A stretch of 64,000 bases of DNA from Rhizodiscina lignyota (taxonomy: Eukaryota). The position numbers and the translations under genes are program-made. The notes beneath the pieces are model-generated. The model was not told the origin of the DNA, made no database searches, and saw only the letters and a program-made list of their open reading frames with translations. The DNA is taken from contig ML978133.1 in NCBI GenBank assembly GCA_010015805.1, forward strand, positions 744,001 to 808,000, given 5' to 3'. This document shows positions 47,527-60,791 of this stretch, one piece after another (the stretch's first letter is position 1; every line of letters starts with the position of its first letter).

Positions 47527-49727
47527 CTATGCCGAGGGAGGGTTGAACGCGCTCTGTACCGAGCCATATCTGCAACAAAGTCAGCTCGGCAGTCTCCAAC
47601 AATACTCTAAATCAAACTAGACACTCACCCTTGAGGACACTCAGAACCGATCGGCGCGCTTCCACTGCGCATGTAACAGATCTTTGCCTTCTGGCACGCC
47701 TCATTCGTGCAGGTCGGGCTCTGCACGCTGCTCTTTCCCTGAAGCGTGTTGAACTTAGTCACGAGGCTCAGATCCTTCTCCATCGCCTCCGTAACTGCGT
47801 GCCAGAATGTGGCATTCAGAGGAGCATCCTTGGGCCAGTTTGCGGCTGGGCCGTATGTGTCGCGCGTGGAGTATTCGAGCTTGAATGTCGGGCCTTGGCT
47901 GGCGTCGTCCAAAGCTGAGAAGCTGTTCACGTCGGCGTAGAATGTGTACGCGTCGTAGATGTTAAAGTCGCCCGTGTCCACCTCATACATGCGGAATCCG
48001 GTGTTCAGGTTTGTCAGAGGCACAACAGAGGGACAAATCCAGCCGGTAGCCAGAGCGTTCTCAGAGGTCTGAACAGTACCATTGTTCGCGTAGTAGATCA
48101 TGAACTGGTCCTCATGTGTGTGTCCAAAGAAGATGTTTGCGATGACATGGGGGGAGTAGCGCTCCACGATCTGGTAGAACAGATCTGTGGGATTGTCGAT
48201 GGGGTTCGAGCCATCCCAGCCGCTCAGAACGTGGCCAAGGATCCACACGCGCTCGCCAGCATCCTCGGCTGCTTGCAGCTCGTCAATTAGGAACTTGAAC
48301 ATCCCCGAGTTGTCTGCGTCTTCTGTGTTGATAAAGTTGAGGAAGTTTGATCGGTACCAAAAGTCCGTGTTGAACGTGATGATGCGCAGGCCGTAGTGGT
48401 TCTTGACCGAATATGCACCATAGTGAGCGCGAGCCTCGGCGGCTGTAGCAGCATCAATCCAACCCTCGTTCTGCCACAGACCAGCAACGTGGTCGTAGTT
48501 CCAGCTCTGCTGCTGGCCGAGCTTGCCGGGCAGGCTATGAGGAGCATCGATAGCTTCAGGGTTGCTATCGTGGTTGCCAAGTGCGGGGAAAATGGGACCG
48601 TTGATGTATCTCTTGAAGACCTCATAAGAGAAGACTTCAGCGTATTCAGCATACGCACGAGAGAGTTCTGGCTGTGGGTCGTGAGACACAAGGTCACCAG
48701 TGTAGATGCTCCAAGCGAACGGCTCCTCCTTGCTGGTTCCGGTCAAGGGACCGACCGCCTGCAAAGCTGCGAGTCCCAGGTCCATTGGCGTGTCACAGTG
48801 GTAAGCACCGAATAGAGGGGCTGGGAAGGAGACTTGGCCCGTTGGGATATTCGCATTGAGACCGTTTGCGCGGCAGCACAGACTCGTCGTGCAATTGGCT
48901 TCACTGCCGGCGAAATAACGAGGATCGATGTGGAAATCAGACAAGTGAGAGACCTTGACGCGCTTTCCACTTGGCTTCGGCGCCTTTGCGTTCTTTGGCT
49001 TTGGCTTGGGGAAGAGACCGGAGGTGTCGAGAGGAGTGGTGGCCGGCCTGGGGCAGAACGAGCCGATGGAGTTGCAGACGTAGTTGCCATCGAGGCCAGA
49101 CATGTCTCCAAAGAAGAGGACCTGCGTCCAGATAGCTCCAAAGTTGGTCGCTGCAAAATCTTCAATGCAAGACTCGTTGGAGTGGAAGCCCGTCGAGATG
49201 CACAGGTCCACCATTGCCTCTGGCACGAGAGATGGTGCGAGGAACGCGGCAGGCTGAGCAGCAACCAAGGCGTTCTTGCAGACTGTGCAGTTGTCCGACC
49301 CGCCTGCATTGATGATCTTCTTCACTTTTGCAACGACATCCGCGATAGTCTTCTTCTGTTCCGCGTCGGAGAGCGACTTCTTCGGCTTCGGATAGAATAC
49401 TGGGTCATGGTCTTCGGTGGGGATCGTCTTTGGGTTGGTCAGGTCGTATGGGAAGGTGATCTTCAAAACAGGGTCGAAAATCTTTGGCTGCGGCTCTTGC
49501 GTCGGGACTGGCTTCGAGTAGAAGGCCGAGAAAATTGAGGTCGGGAAGCCAGCTGGAGCGACGTAGGTTGTCGCTGCTGGCCCATAGTCTTTGGAGGCAT
49601 GCCCGCCGTTTCCGTGTGGGAATCCACCGTATCCGTGTCCATGAGGCCAGGAAGGAGGATTGGCAGATGAGAGCGAAGGAATTGAGAGAACGAGCGGAAG
49701 CATGAGGCCCAAGTTCTGGACAAACAT
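47527..49727 (-). CDS. Secreted acid sphingomyelinase-like metallophosphoesterase (short last exon 47527-47569)
   Basis: Signal peptide, saposin-like CTVC, HLSDFHIDPRY, YTGDLVSHD, LGNHD, ILGHV, FFGHTHED, CPQG|YGSVQS. Confidence 0.93.
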
Positions 49728-50708
49728 TTTGAGATTAGCACGAACAATTGTCCCTACCTGTTTAGCAGAACGCCTGACCGGGCATGTTTTTCGGTAGCTC
49801 TGAGGTTTTATAGCTCCCAGAGCTCGAAAAAAGCAGTTACCAGACTTACCGCGGACGTGGTAGCTTGTCAAGCTAATTGTTCACCAGAACTGATGAACAG
49901 GCACGTCGTGCAGGCGCGATCGGGGCGTTGGCCATCACGACGAAGTAATTGCGCCACGTGCTTGAAAATCCCGCGCCAGCCTTGCGGTTCTCGTCACCTC
50001 ACCTACATCATCCAACATCGCTCCCCGCAATGCCTGCACTTCTCGCATCATGGAGGAGCCGCCTTGCCGGATCCCTCGTTCCTGGACCCAAGCTTGTCGA
50101 AAGCTTGCCAGCCGCCGTTCTGTAGAGGAAGCTGCCTGCACGTGGAGCTGCTCGATCCACTGTATTTGATATGGGTCGCCGCGAGAGCTCGATTCGAAGA
50201 GCGCCGCAAACCCCCACCACAAGAGGTCGCCATGGCGATTACATACCCTTCGAGACCGACGGCTCGCTGAAATGGGGATATCTGACGAGGCTCGACGGGC
50301 GGGCACGCCGGACAGGATCTCTCATCCTGGACGCTCGAGACTCAGGGCGAAAGCGGTGCTCTATCGGTGTTGCATTTGGGGCTCAAGAGGAACTTCATCA
50401 TCTTCTGCGGAAAGCGATGCCTTTAGCTTTTAAGCTTGTTAGAAGCTCACTCATCATACCTTGGTGGCCGTTTCCATCGGATCCATGCAACCCGCCAACG
50501 TGACTCGACTCACTCGCTCGGTAAGATGATCTCGCGAGGAGCGACGGGGAAATTTGATGGCGCTCTCTCCGTACATCCGCAGAATTAAAAGATGCAAAAG
50601 TGCGGAGAATTACAGACAGAACTGACGATGTGGCTAATATCGTAATGAACTATAAGGGCACGCCAAGGTAGGTTTTACTTTTGTATCTCCAGCGGGAAGA
50701 TCGAAGTC

Positions 50709-52378
50709 ATGGGGTTCCGCAATGCTCTCTTTGTTCCGCTCCATATCCTCGCACTGATCTCCTCTTCCATCTCTGCGCCTGTCAATGACAATCTGCTTGT
50801 CCACCTGAATTATGGCTCTTTCCAAGGTGCATACAGTGCGGACTACAACATCTCGTACTTCCGCAAGATCCCGTTCGCAGCGCCACCGGTGGGAGACCTC
50901 CGCTTTAAGCGACCCTACCCACCCCATGCAGTCCAATATGGAGTATACGACACCAATCAAACGTTCGACATGTGCCCACAGCGGACAGTGAACGGATCCG
51001 AGGACTGTCTCTATCTCGGCTTGTACTCCCGGCCTTGGTCGACGCACGAACGCAAACGCCCAGTCCTAGTTGTCTACTATGGAGGTGCGTTCATTGAGGG
51101 AGACGCCGCATTTACTATCCCTCCAGCTGGATACCCTGTGCTGAACGCTAGTTATTCGAATGATTTCGTCGTCGTGTACCCTAACTACCGCCTAAATGCA
51201 TTTGGCTTTTTGCCTGGCAAGGAGTTGAAGAACTCTCCAGATGCTGATCTCAATCCGGGCTTGCTGGACCAACAATTCGCGCTCAAATGGGTCAACGAAC
51301 ACATCTCCGCATTTGGAGGCGATCCCCAAAACGTCACGATCTGGGGACAGTCTGCTGGAGGAGGCTCTGTCGTCGCGCAGGTAATCGCCAATGGCGGCCA
51401 TACCGAGCCCCAACTCTTCACGAAAGCTCTGGCGTCTTCGCCATTCTGGCCAAAGACGTACCGTTACGATGAACCGGAAGCGGAGGCCGTATACGATCAG
51501 CTCGTCGATCTCACTGGTTGTAAGCGTGCGAAGAATACGCTCGATTGTCTCAAGAAAGTTGACGTGCAGACAATCCGTAACGCCAGCCTCATCATAGACG
51601 CCAGCCATACGTACAACACGACCTCGTACACCTGGGCGCCAGTCATCGATGGGGAGTTCATCCAAGAGTCTTTGACAGCGCAAACTGCCCGTGGGGCAAT
51701 CAATCCAGAGCTTGTGTGGGGTATGTACAACCTCCACGAAGGCGAAAACTTCATCCCTCCGGACCTGGCGAATACCACCACCGGCACCAATGGCTTCAAC
51801 TCCTCTATTGCCAGTTTTGACGCGTGGTTGGATGGCTATCTACCCCGGTTCTCGAGTCGCCTCATCCAGGAAGTGAAAAATTTGTATCCTCCGACGGGCT
51901 CCGCAGAAGGGCTTCCTTCATACAATGACACCTACACCCGCGCTGGTTTGATCTACAGAGACACGGTCCTCGCATGTCCAACTCTGTGGATCTCCGAGGC
52001 GGCCAAGACAGGTTATGTAGGCGAATACACGATTCCTCCTGCGAAGCACGCGAGTGATACAATCTACGTAAGTCTCTTCTACTCTGCCCCCAGCTTCCAT
52101 ACATTGGCTCACGCATACAATAGTGGAACCAAGTGAACCCAGTCCAGCAGTCCCAGCCGCTGATCTACGAAGGCTTCACCGGCGCCTTCGCAAGCTTCAT
52201 GCAAACAGGCGATCCCAACGCACACAAGCTCACGCCGTCAAATGTACCAGGAGTGCCATTGCTTTCGACAGGAGAGGAATTCGTCATTGACACAAACGGA
52301 TTCGCAAACACGCGGATCGATCACCTGAAGAAGCGCTGTGATTTCTGGCGGGAACATGGGCCCCAGATTCCGCTTTGA
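50709..52378 (+). CDS. Secreted type-B carboxylesterase/lipase (intron ~52067-52123)
   Basis: IPFAAPPVGDLRF, SEDCLYL, YGGAF, NYRLNAFGFL, GGDPQNVTIWGQSAGG, AKHASD. Confidence 0.93.
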
Positions 52379-52493
52379 TAGCTTCGTAATGTAAACGAAT
52401 AAATTTAATGTCTTTCAAAACACTGCCCAATCCGTTTAGATCTTTGATGCACTATCCAAGATCGGTCTCAGCCACACGGGCAGTTCAATTACA

Positions 52494-55400
52494 TTACACC
52501 TGCTCCTGTTCTTGTCCTTGCTCCACTTGCTCCATTGCCGGCTTCGGCTTCTCCTTCTCTTTCAAACCTAGCCCTCGAATAGCTCTCCTCATACCCTCAA
52601 GTCTGTCCCTCTCGATCACAACCATCCGTCTCGCAAGTTCCTTACATGCCCTCCGCCCCATCCTCGCCTTCTCATCCTGCCAAGCCGCCAGCTCACCCGC
52701 AACGACCTGCTGCGTGTATCTGAGCTCTTTGCCCAGACTCTGCATCTCGGTGAGGCTCTTCTCCGCCCTCTCGGCCGCCTCGCGCTGCAGTCGGTTTCTC
52801 GTGTCGTCGAGCAGGCCGAGCGGCCATCGGTCGCTGCGCCGGAGCGACTGCATATGCCGGTCGATGGCTTTCTGAGTAGTGGCCATGCTGCCAATTAGAG
52901 TGCTGGGACGATTAAGTGCTACAAGCACAGCATTTGTAGCCATTTGTACAGCAGTCATGGAATAGAAGAATTCGGTGAGAGGGGAGAAGTCTATCTGGCC
53001 TAGCGTCTTGGTGAACCGGTTGAATGCGCTGATGTGTGTGTTCGGCAAGTCGACGAGCGTGGAGACGGCTTTAGAGGCGAGGACGGCGGCATCGAATACG
53101 TCGATGTGTGCATGGCGTAATTTGTTGGCTCGGCGCAGTACACTTCTGGTCGCGTGGTGCACACCTCTGACTGAATCCTTTGCGTGGCTAACAAAGAGCT
53201 CTACCTCGCGGACGTCGGAGATGGGATCGTATTCATCTCGCACCATTTCAGTGCGGGTTTCAGCCTTCTTTTTGCTACGCTCGGCGAGCATTGTGGGGTC
53301 TATATCGGGTACTAAAAAGAACTCCCAGACCATTTCGTGTGTTGAGAATGTTGGGTGGGCTAGCAGGACCCGGAGGAAGCTGTCTAGCCGAAGTTGGATG
53401 TCGCGCAAGACTGCTCGCGATGGCTTGGAAGGTATCATGAATGGAGACTGGAGATTACTGATCGATGGGATCCACGACGCTGGAAGCTCAAGTGCTAGCC
53501 ATCTAGAAAGGCTCTCGAAATCGACTGGAGTCCGACGACTCGTCGTAACTGTGATGGTAGCGTTGAGGTTCGGCGCTCCAGACTTCAAGATTAGGCGTAC
53601 TGTCCCATCTTCTACAAAGAACGATCGAACAACAGCGGTGATGCGTCCATCCAGAGAAGGTGGTGTTGATAGAAGGACAAGGTCGTCAATACGATTTCGG
53701 ACTTCGTCGTCCTTAGCCAACTCAACTGCTGTAAGCCCGCGAAGGTCTCGTGCGAACAAGTCAACACGCGGATCCGAGAAGAGCAGGCGCACAAGATCCG
53801 TGCGGCCATACTTGCTAGACACCATGAGCGGAGTAAATTGTTTGTCGTTCGCCGCATTGACATCAGAATCGCAGCTCTGCAGCAGATGGGTAACCATGTG
53901 CGAGTCGTTTACAATATGCAAGAGGGTATTACCCTTGCCATCAATGTGTTCATCTACATGCAAAGGCTCCCCGTTCCGTTGCGACCGGGTAGCCGCCGTC
54001 AGCGCACTCTCAACCATAAATCTATAGTCTTCGTGGTCGTACGATCGGCAAAGGGCGAATAGTGGCGTTTGTCCGTTCCTATCCTTTAGTCTCCAGGGCA
54101 GAAGATGGCCGATTCGGGAGATGAACTCGGGCAGGTTGAAGAGGTAGTGAGCGACGCTGCGACCTTTGGAATCCTGCCTCGCTATATAGGATCTGACAAT
54201 CGATTCACCATGCTCGTTATACTTAGTCCGCGCCAGAAGGAACTCGAGAAGGGCATCTGCTGTTTCAGCACTGCCTGTCTGAACTGCCGCACAAAGTAAT
54301 GTTGCGCCATCGTTGTTGGTGTCTTCGAGAACATTGCTCAGAGGGGAAATATCTTCCCGACTTAGCAGATACTGCAAGGTCTTCGGCTGGTTGCTTTCAA
54401 CAACCATCATGAGTAAAGACTCGCCAGAAGCATTTTGCGCAGCAGCAAGGGCTTGTCCCGAGAGCTCTTCATCCACAGAAGCAATTCTGGAATGGTAGCT
54501 GTCCGTTCTGGAATGAAAAGAGACGCCAGATGAGCTGGCGCTGCTGTAGCTTGCGACTGACACGCGCTTGCGCTTCTTGATTGGAGGCTCCCAATGCTCA
54601 GGACTTATCGGGCGCTGAAAAGGGAAGACATGAGCCAGAGACCCATTTGCAGCTTCCAATCCAGGTGAAGCAATCTTTGGCTCGTCAGAATCCGCCGAGT
54701 CAGTTGGCTCCTCCGAGTACAATCCTTTTCGAAGAATGCCGTTTCGCTGACTATCAGGAATAGTCTTCTGGGAAGCTTCTGGACCGCACTCGCTATCATC
54801 CGCATCGTCGTTGGACTCGAGGAGTCGTTTTACCTCGGAAACGTTGCCGCCTTTTGCAGCATCCCATAGCTTTCGATTCAGCTTACTTGCTCTGCGCAGA
54901 AGCCCAGGATCTCTCGAAAGGTATGAGAGAACTGCTTCGAACGTGCTCAATGCGTAACCAACTTCTCCGCTTTCAACATCATCAATAAAGATGAAATGTC
55001 GCATGTACGATAGGCGCGCGTTTAAATGCCGTACGGAGGCCCGTATGACTACGACCAGAAGTAGAGACACTAATGTATCTGCATTTATGGTGAGGAGTGT
55101 GCTTGGCTTTTCAGGGTCGGCGGCTTGAGTGCTCCCATCTCTTGTCGAAGCATTGCCATCGACTGTGGGTTCCGATTTGGACAACAGCTTTTGCGTGGCG
55201 AGCAGAGTCTCAATCATTTCCTGAGGACTGCTGGCTACTCCCATCTTCTTGAAAAGAGTTGCTCCTTTAGCAAGCCTAATGGAAAGCTCGCGTCGTTCAG
55301 CAAAACTGCCTTCGACGGAAATACCGACCTGTGAGATATCTACGTCTCCCATTTGTCGTATCCGGACGTCCAGTTCAGCATCCTCCTGCTTCCGCGCGGC

Positions 55401-56503
55401 GCAAATCTTTGGAAAGAGAACCGCATCGTGGACCTGCTCTGTGATATATCGCTCAATCATGCGCTCCACAACTGGTCCAGTGAGCTCTGTTGTCGCCCCA
55501 AGATGGGACAATTGCGCTTTATCCACCATTTGAAATAAATCAATTGCAGCGGTTACGGCCGTTTCCAGAGAGCGGCGCAACATATCCTCTTCATCCTTCA
55601 AGATGATGGTGCTCTTTGGCGCCATAGACATGCTTGACGTGCTACCGTGCCATGACGCCGCCAGAGTTTCGCCCGAAGAAACCGATGCCGCGCGCGGACG
55701 CAACTCTCCTTCTTCTGAAACAGGTGGTTCGGGAAGTGGCGTCTGTAGCTCCGCAGCGAACTCTTTGAATAGCCTCTCAAGCCCTGGTTGCATCTGTCGC
55801 GCAATCATGGGAAAATTGTTCAGAAGGTCGCCAAAAGACTTGATCTGCTTCTTCCGAGGGCTTGAAGTCCCACCTTCTGTGCTGTTGCTATTTTTCACAC
55901 CCACTCTCTTGACAGATTCCATGTCTATGGAAGCAGGTATGATCGAGATTGCATCGTATACGCCAACAAGCGGCCTGGATATATAGTAGACAAGCCATGG
56001 CTGCGCATCAGCGGTGTCGGGCGAGTATATCGTGTCCGAAAGAAGCTGCGCCTGATTCAACGACTTGAATCCTGGTATCGTAAGCAACGGAGCTACCGAT
56101 ATATTCTTCCATCATACCTTTGTTACTGTAAATGAACGTATCCTTAATAATCACCGTGCGCCCATTCAGCGTCGTGAACTGCTTCGCCTTCGACCTGTTC
56201 TCCCGAAATGACACCTCTTTTCCCTGAGCTGTGAGCGGCGCAACGCCACCGTGGACTCGCAGCACATGACTAGCAAGAAAGTCTTCGGATGAAGCGAGGT
56301 CGGAATATAGCGCTTGTGTCTCGCGATCTCGAGAGGTTAGGAGGACTTCAGTGGTTGGGATAAGGAGCACCTATAGGTCCGCCGATTAGCAAAGGCAGCC
56401 CCAGTGGAAATTGGTTGGTACAAACGTGATGCTGTACGGGTGAGCACTGAGGAGGGAGAGTGCTCCTGAAGAAAGCCCGTAAGAAGGGGTTGAGAGGGTG
56501 CAT
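52494..56503 (-). CDS. VPS9 + ankyrin + PX domain endosomal Rab GEF (Vrl1/VARP-like), multi-exon
   Basis: MHPLNPFLRAFF start, NADTLVSLLLVVVIR and GEVGYALSTFEAV (VPS9), GQTPLFAL/GNTLLH/FTPLMV (ANK), a PX-like segment (LLAHPTFSTHEMVWEFF) and a C-terminal coiled coil. Confidence 0.9.
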
Positions 56504-57159
56504 TCAATCGGACATTGATAGAACAATAGTCGTGAATGTGCGATGTAGAGGAGCCTCCAGGGCCCGGAAAGGACCGTTTATATAGCTCCCGCTCTTTGTA
56601 TGCCGTCTACACGTGCGTTTCGAGGCTTAGATATCTGGGTAAGGCATCAAGATAAGCGGAGGTGGTGGGTTGAGGCAGACGATGTTCGCAGGAGCCGGCC
56701 GGATCGATGGTAGTTGTCAGGACGATTCCAAATCCAGAGCAAATGGTAAGCGGAGATTCAAGGCCCTGGTATTGCTTGAATCGAACGGGTCGAAGTAATT
56801 GGAGGTGGTGATAGAAGTCTTGAACTCAAAGGGCTTGCGGAGAAAGCTTCAACGTTCGCCAAGACAAATGGGATGGTGACGCGCATGCACGTGAAGCCAC
56901 AACCTTGGAACCTTTATTTTCTTTTGCAACCACCACTATACGGAGTATTTATAATCGCTAACATCGCGGGAACGGATTTCTTTGAAAGAACTGTCCTAAA
57001 TACTCAAAGTCTACCACGAGCACTTGAAATAAACGTCGCCTCTCACAGCTCTACTGAGTACGCCTTCATGGCGTCCTATCCAACCAATAGCGGAAGCATT
57101 TCCCAGGTGGGTGGTTATTGCGGATGGCGCCAAGCTATCAGCGACCTTATCCTTTGATC

Positions 57160-58843
57160 TCAAGATACGCGTTCTTGATATGAGACCCAGCATTGATGCT
57201 CCTGATTGGATCGTTCCGTTAACCTCAGGACCTCCCTTATCCGCTAGAGGATGACTTACCTCGATCTCTTCGAACGACTCATCGTAGAACATCTCGAATC
57301 GACTCGTAATTGCAGGAGTCTTGTTCTCAGATCCTGGGCGTACGTTTGTAATGTACTTCCTGTAAATTGCGGACACAAGGGTCGTCATCTCTGCCATAGC
57401 AAGGCTAGAAATGCGCAAAGTCAAAAGGCGGACCATTCTCTCGACGCAGCGCAACACTCACTGCATGCCAATACACATTCTCCCTCCGCTTGAGAAAGCC
57501 CACCACCACTTCTTCATTTCAGCAACCTTCTTTCCATCTCCCAACCACCGATCTGGGTTGAACTCGAGCGGCTCTTCGAAGATCTCAGCGTTACGGTGCA
57601 GCGAATATGGTTCCATGGAAACCACTGTGTCTGCCGGGATCATGTAACCATCAATATTAATATCTTGTCTAAGGACCCTTGGTTCAGAGGCCGGCAGCGG
57701 TGCGTATACTCGAAGAGTTTCTTTGATAATAGCATCAAGGTACGGCAATGAAGCGCAAGCTTCCGGAGTGGGAACGCCAAAGTCATCACACGCTTCCTCT
57801 GAAATGGAGGACACCTCTTCTGCTAACTTGTCCTGAAATCGCCTATTCCTGGTCAAGGAAAGAGCCCAGGTGAGGAACATTAGCGTATCGCTTGTGGTGT
57901 CAATTCCCGCAAGGAGATGATCTGCGCACTCGGATGCGATATCTAAGTCGTCAAGACTTCCACCTTGATTCTTGTGGTGGGACCAAAGCAAGCCCATCAC
58001 ATGGTTTGAGGTGCACTTGGACCAGTTTTGTTTGGCCTCTCTGTAGAATTGTTGCCAGGCTTGAAGGGCGTGTGTACGGATACCAGTGTACGTCAACGGC
58101 TTCTTCATTGGAAGCAACGGCTTCACGAGCCGTTCCATGAGATTGACTCGCGTGTACAGCCATTTTGTGAAAGCTGGAAAGTGCACAGCGAACCAAGACA
58201 GCTTTCGCCTCGCAGGATCAAGAATGTCGTTGAGCAATGCGCGGTCACCCTGCGAACCGGAGACTGCCTGAGTACTACCGTACTTTCCGTACACGAAATC
58301 AGTAATCGCATCGAGCGAGAAAAAGTGCAACGTAGAGAACATCTCGCTTGTCGACCCCGGCTCTGATTCGAGGAGCTGCATGTATTGACGCGCCTTGTCT
58401 TGAATCATCGCCGCTTGTTCGCCCTTGATCATGGAGCTCTTAGAGTAAGCATGAGACAGCATCTTCTTTCGTTCCGCATGCTGCTGGACAGGCCCGAATG
58501 TAAACATGTTCTCCTTGCCGTAGACATCAAACATTCGGTAGAAATCGGTACGCTCGAAGCCGCTGCCTGCTCCATAGATTTTCCGCAGCGCTGAGAGGCT
58601 GTTGAACGAGACTTCGCGAGGACCGATACGGACGACCGGACCATATTTTACGTGTATCTCCTGTATCTTGCGTGTCCTTGAGCCCTTGAAGTCTTCGATT
58701 GCCAATCTCCAGGATGTCAAGGCGAAAATCCTCGGTCCTGGTATCTTCGCTAGTGTACATAAAATTGTTCGATGCAAAACATGATACGCTAAGAAGGCAG
58801 AAGTAGCAACGAACATAATTGTGATCAGTGGAAATGCCATCAT
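57160..58843 (-). CDS. Cytochrome P450 monooxygenase (2 introns near the 3' end)
   Basis: N-terminal TM anchor, KYGPVVRIGP, I-helix AGIDTT, K-helix ETLR, FNPDRW, heme motif FSSGGRMCIG. The last exon after a GTAAGT intron reads EHQCWVSYQERVS*. Confidence 0.93.
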
Positions 58844-59132
58844 TACCACAACTTCCAATTCGAGAATCGCCGGCTGTGAATCCTAAGTCCTTATTCAATT
58901 CCAGGACAAGATGATAACGGGTGTGTGGTGGAGCGGGATCACTCGTGAATATACATATCGTAACCCTAACCCTTAAAATTTCGTAGCTTCAACTTCGTTC
59001 AACTCTCCGACAAGCAATCTATAACCATGTATTCTTTCTAAAGTTCTCAAGGCCTAATTACATTACCATTACCGAGCACAAACGTTTCTCCAAGCTCCGT
59101 AACGATAAAGGGTCCTGCTTCCATTCCCCGTT

Positions 59133-60134
59133 ATGTCTCTAGAAAACATTGGGGAAGAAAATCGTCAGCTCCCCAACCCCATTGACGATCTCATAAAAGA
59201 GAAAGGCTGCTTGGTTCTTGATGGTGCATTAGCGACAGAACTACAAGCCCGCGGCTGCGATATTGATGGCCCTTTGTGGTCTGCAAGAGCTCTCTATGAG
59301 AATCCAGATCTTATCCGCCAAGTACACCTCGACTATTTCCGCGCTGGAGCCGATATTGTGATCACAGCAACGTACCAGGCGTCCGTTCCAGGATTACATG
59401 CAATCGACTACAGTACAGAAGAGGCTTTAGGTCTCATGAAACGCAGTGTACAACTGGCTCAGCAGGCTCAAAGACAGTATGTACTGGAATCACAGAAAAC
59501 AGGCTTTCTCATCGCAGGATCCATTGGACCATATGGCGCATATCTTGCTGATGGATCTGAATACACCGGGGACTACCGCCTTTCTCTCGATGGAATGCTA
59601 GATTTCCATCGCCCTCGGATGAAAGCGCTCATCGAAGCTGGCGTCGACATCCTGGCCTTTGAAACGATTCCTTCGGTTCGCGATTTAACAGGGTTCGTCG
59701 CATTATTACTCACCGAGTTCCCTTCTGCGACAGCGTACATTTCCTTCACGATCCGGGATAAGAACCACATCAGCGACGGCTCGCCGTTAAGCAATGTCAT
59801 GAAATTGGTCAACATGTGCCCGCAGTTCGTGGCAGTCGGAGTCAACTGCATTGATGAAAGCAAAGTTACAGGTGCTCTTGAGACCCTCAGTCATCTGACG
59901 AGCAAGCCATTGATTGCGTACCCGAATTCTGGACAGCAGTACGACGTCGACAGCAATTCATGGACAGGCGAAAATGGCTTTCGCACAAGTCTTGCAGACA
60001 AAGTTGCAAAGTGGCGGTCACTCGGAGCTCGAGTCATAGGAGGTTGTTGTCAAACAAGTCCAGAAGACATTCGACTTGTAGCAATCGTACTGAAAGCTGA
60101 ACGAGACAGTTCGATATCTGGTACGGTGGAATAA
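59133..60134 (+). CDS. Homocysteine S-methyltransferase (MmuM/Mht1/Sam4 family), intronless
   Basis: VLDGALATEL, LWSA, TATYQAS, AGSIGPYGAYLADGSEYTG, AFETIP, GVNC, YPNSG, IGGCC. Confidence 0.95.
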   Translation: MSLENIGEENRQLPNPIDDLIKEKGCLVLDGALATELQARGCDIDGPLWSARALYENPDLIRQVHLDYFRAGADIVITATYQASVPGLHAIDYSTEEALGLMKRSVQLAQQAQRQYVLESQKTGFLIAGSIGPYGAYLADGSEYTGDYRLSLDGMLDFHRPRMKALIEAGVDILAFETIPSVRDLTGFVALLLTEFPSATAYISFTIRDKNHISDGSPLSNVMKLVNMCPQFVAVGVNCIDESKVTGALETLSHLTSKPLIAYPNSGQQYDVDSNSWTGENGFRTSLADKVAKWRSLGARVIGGCCQTSPEDIRLVAIVLKAERDSSISGTVE

Positions 60135-60791
60135 ATTCGCCATCCCTGTCCTATTCCTTGCGTCGATCAGTCGTCGAGACGGAGGTAACAACAGCCGCTG
60201 AACAGCATGCTGATCAATCTTGACCGATCCATGGAGCCTCTGCACAGAATAACTTAATTGCCAGGGTTTGGAGGCGAACGTATCTATGCAAATGCATGAA
60301 CGATTAAGCGACAACATGGAGTGCAGTGACCAATCTTGTCGGCATATGCCACAACGAGCATATCTCCGATGTACTCCACCTCTCTCTCTCGAAAGAGGAA
60401 TAGCGCGCTTTTCTTCCAGACTTCAACTGACAGACGACTCTCACCGAGTCTACCCAATTTCCGGATGCGGGCGATGTCAATCAATAAATGCTGCATCATA
60501 TTCTGCCTCTTCACAATGGCGAGTCATTGCCCGTCACCCCACTATTGCGATGCGAAATCGGACATCTTCATGATAAGGATATCTGAACGTGTTTTGCTAT
60601 CTCAGCTTCATGCCTGCTTTCCAACTATCAGGACATGCCCCAATGCGACGGCAAGAAGTAACCGATGAGGTCCCAAGATCCAATGTACCGGGGCCATGAT
60701 CGACAGGAACGTGGGGATATATTGTAAGGTACAGCTCCCTCTTAGCTGACCGTACGGTTGGATACTCTGTAGCCACTCTCATTCGTCAAGC

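Noticed and set aside
52975..54027. 350-aa plus-strand ORF
   Set aside because: Antisense shadow of the VPS9-ANK-PX gene; Ser/Arg-rich with no motifs.
57011..57159. P450 C-terminus as given by ORF 57011..57457
   Set aside because: A strong GTAAGT donor near 57259 and a short final exon (EHQCWVSYQERVS*) give a more normal P450 end at 57160.
58961..58972. TAACCCTAACCC telomere-like hexamers
   Set aside because: Only two units within a promoter; not a telomere or a meaningful interstitial array.
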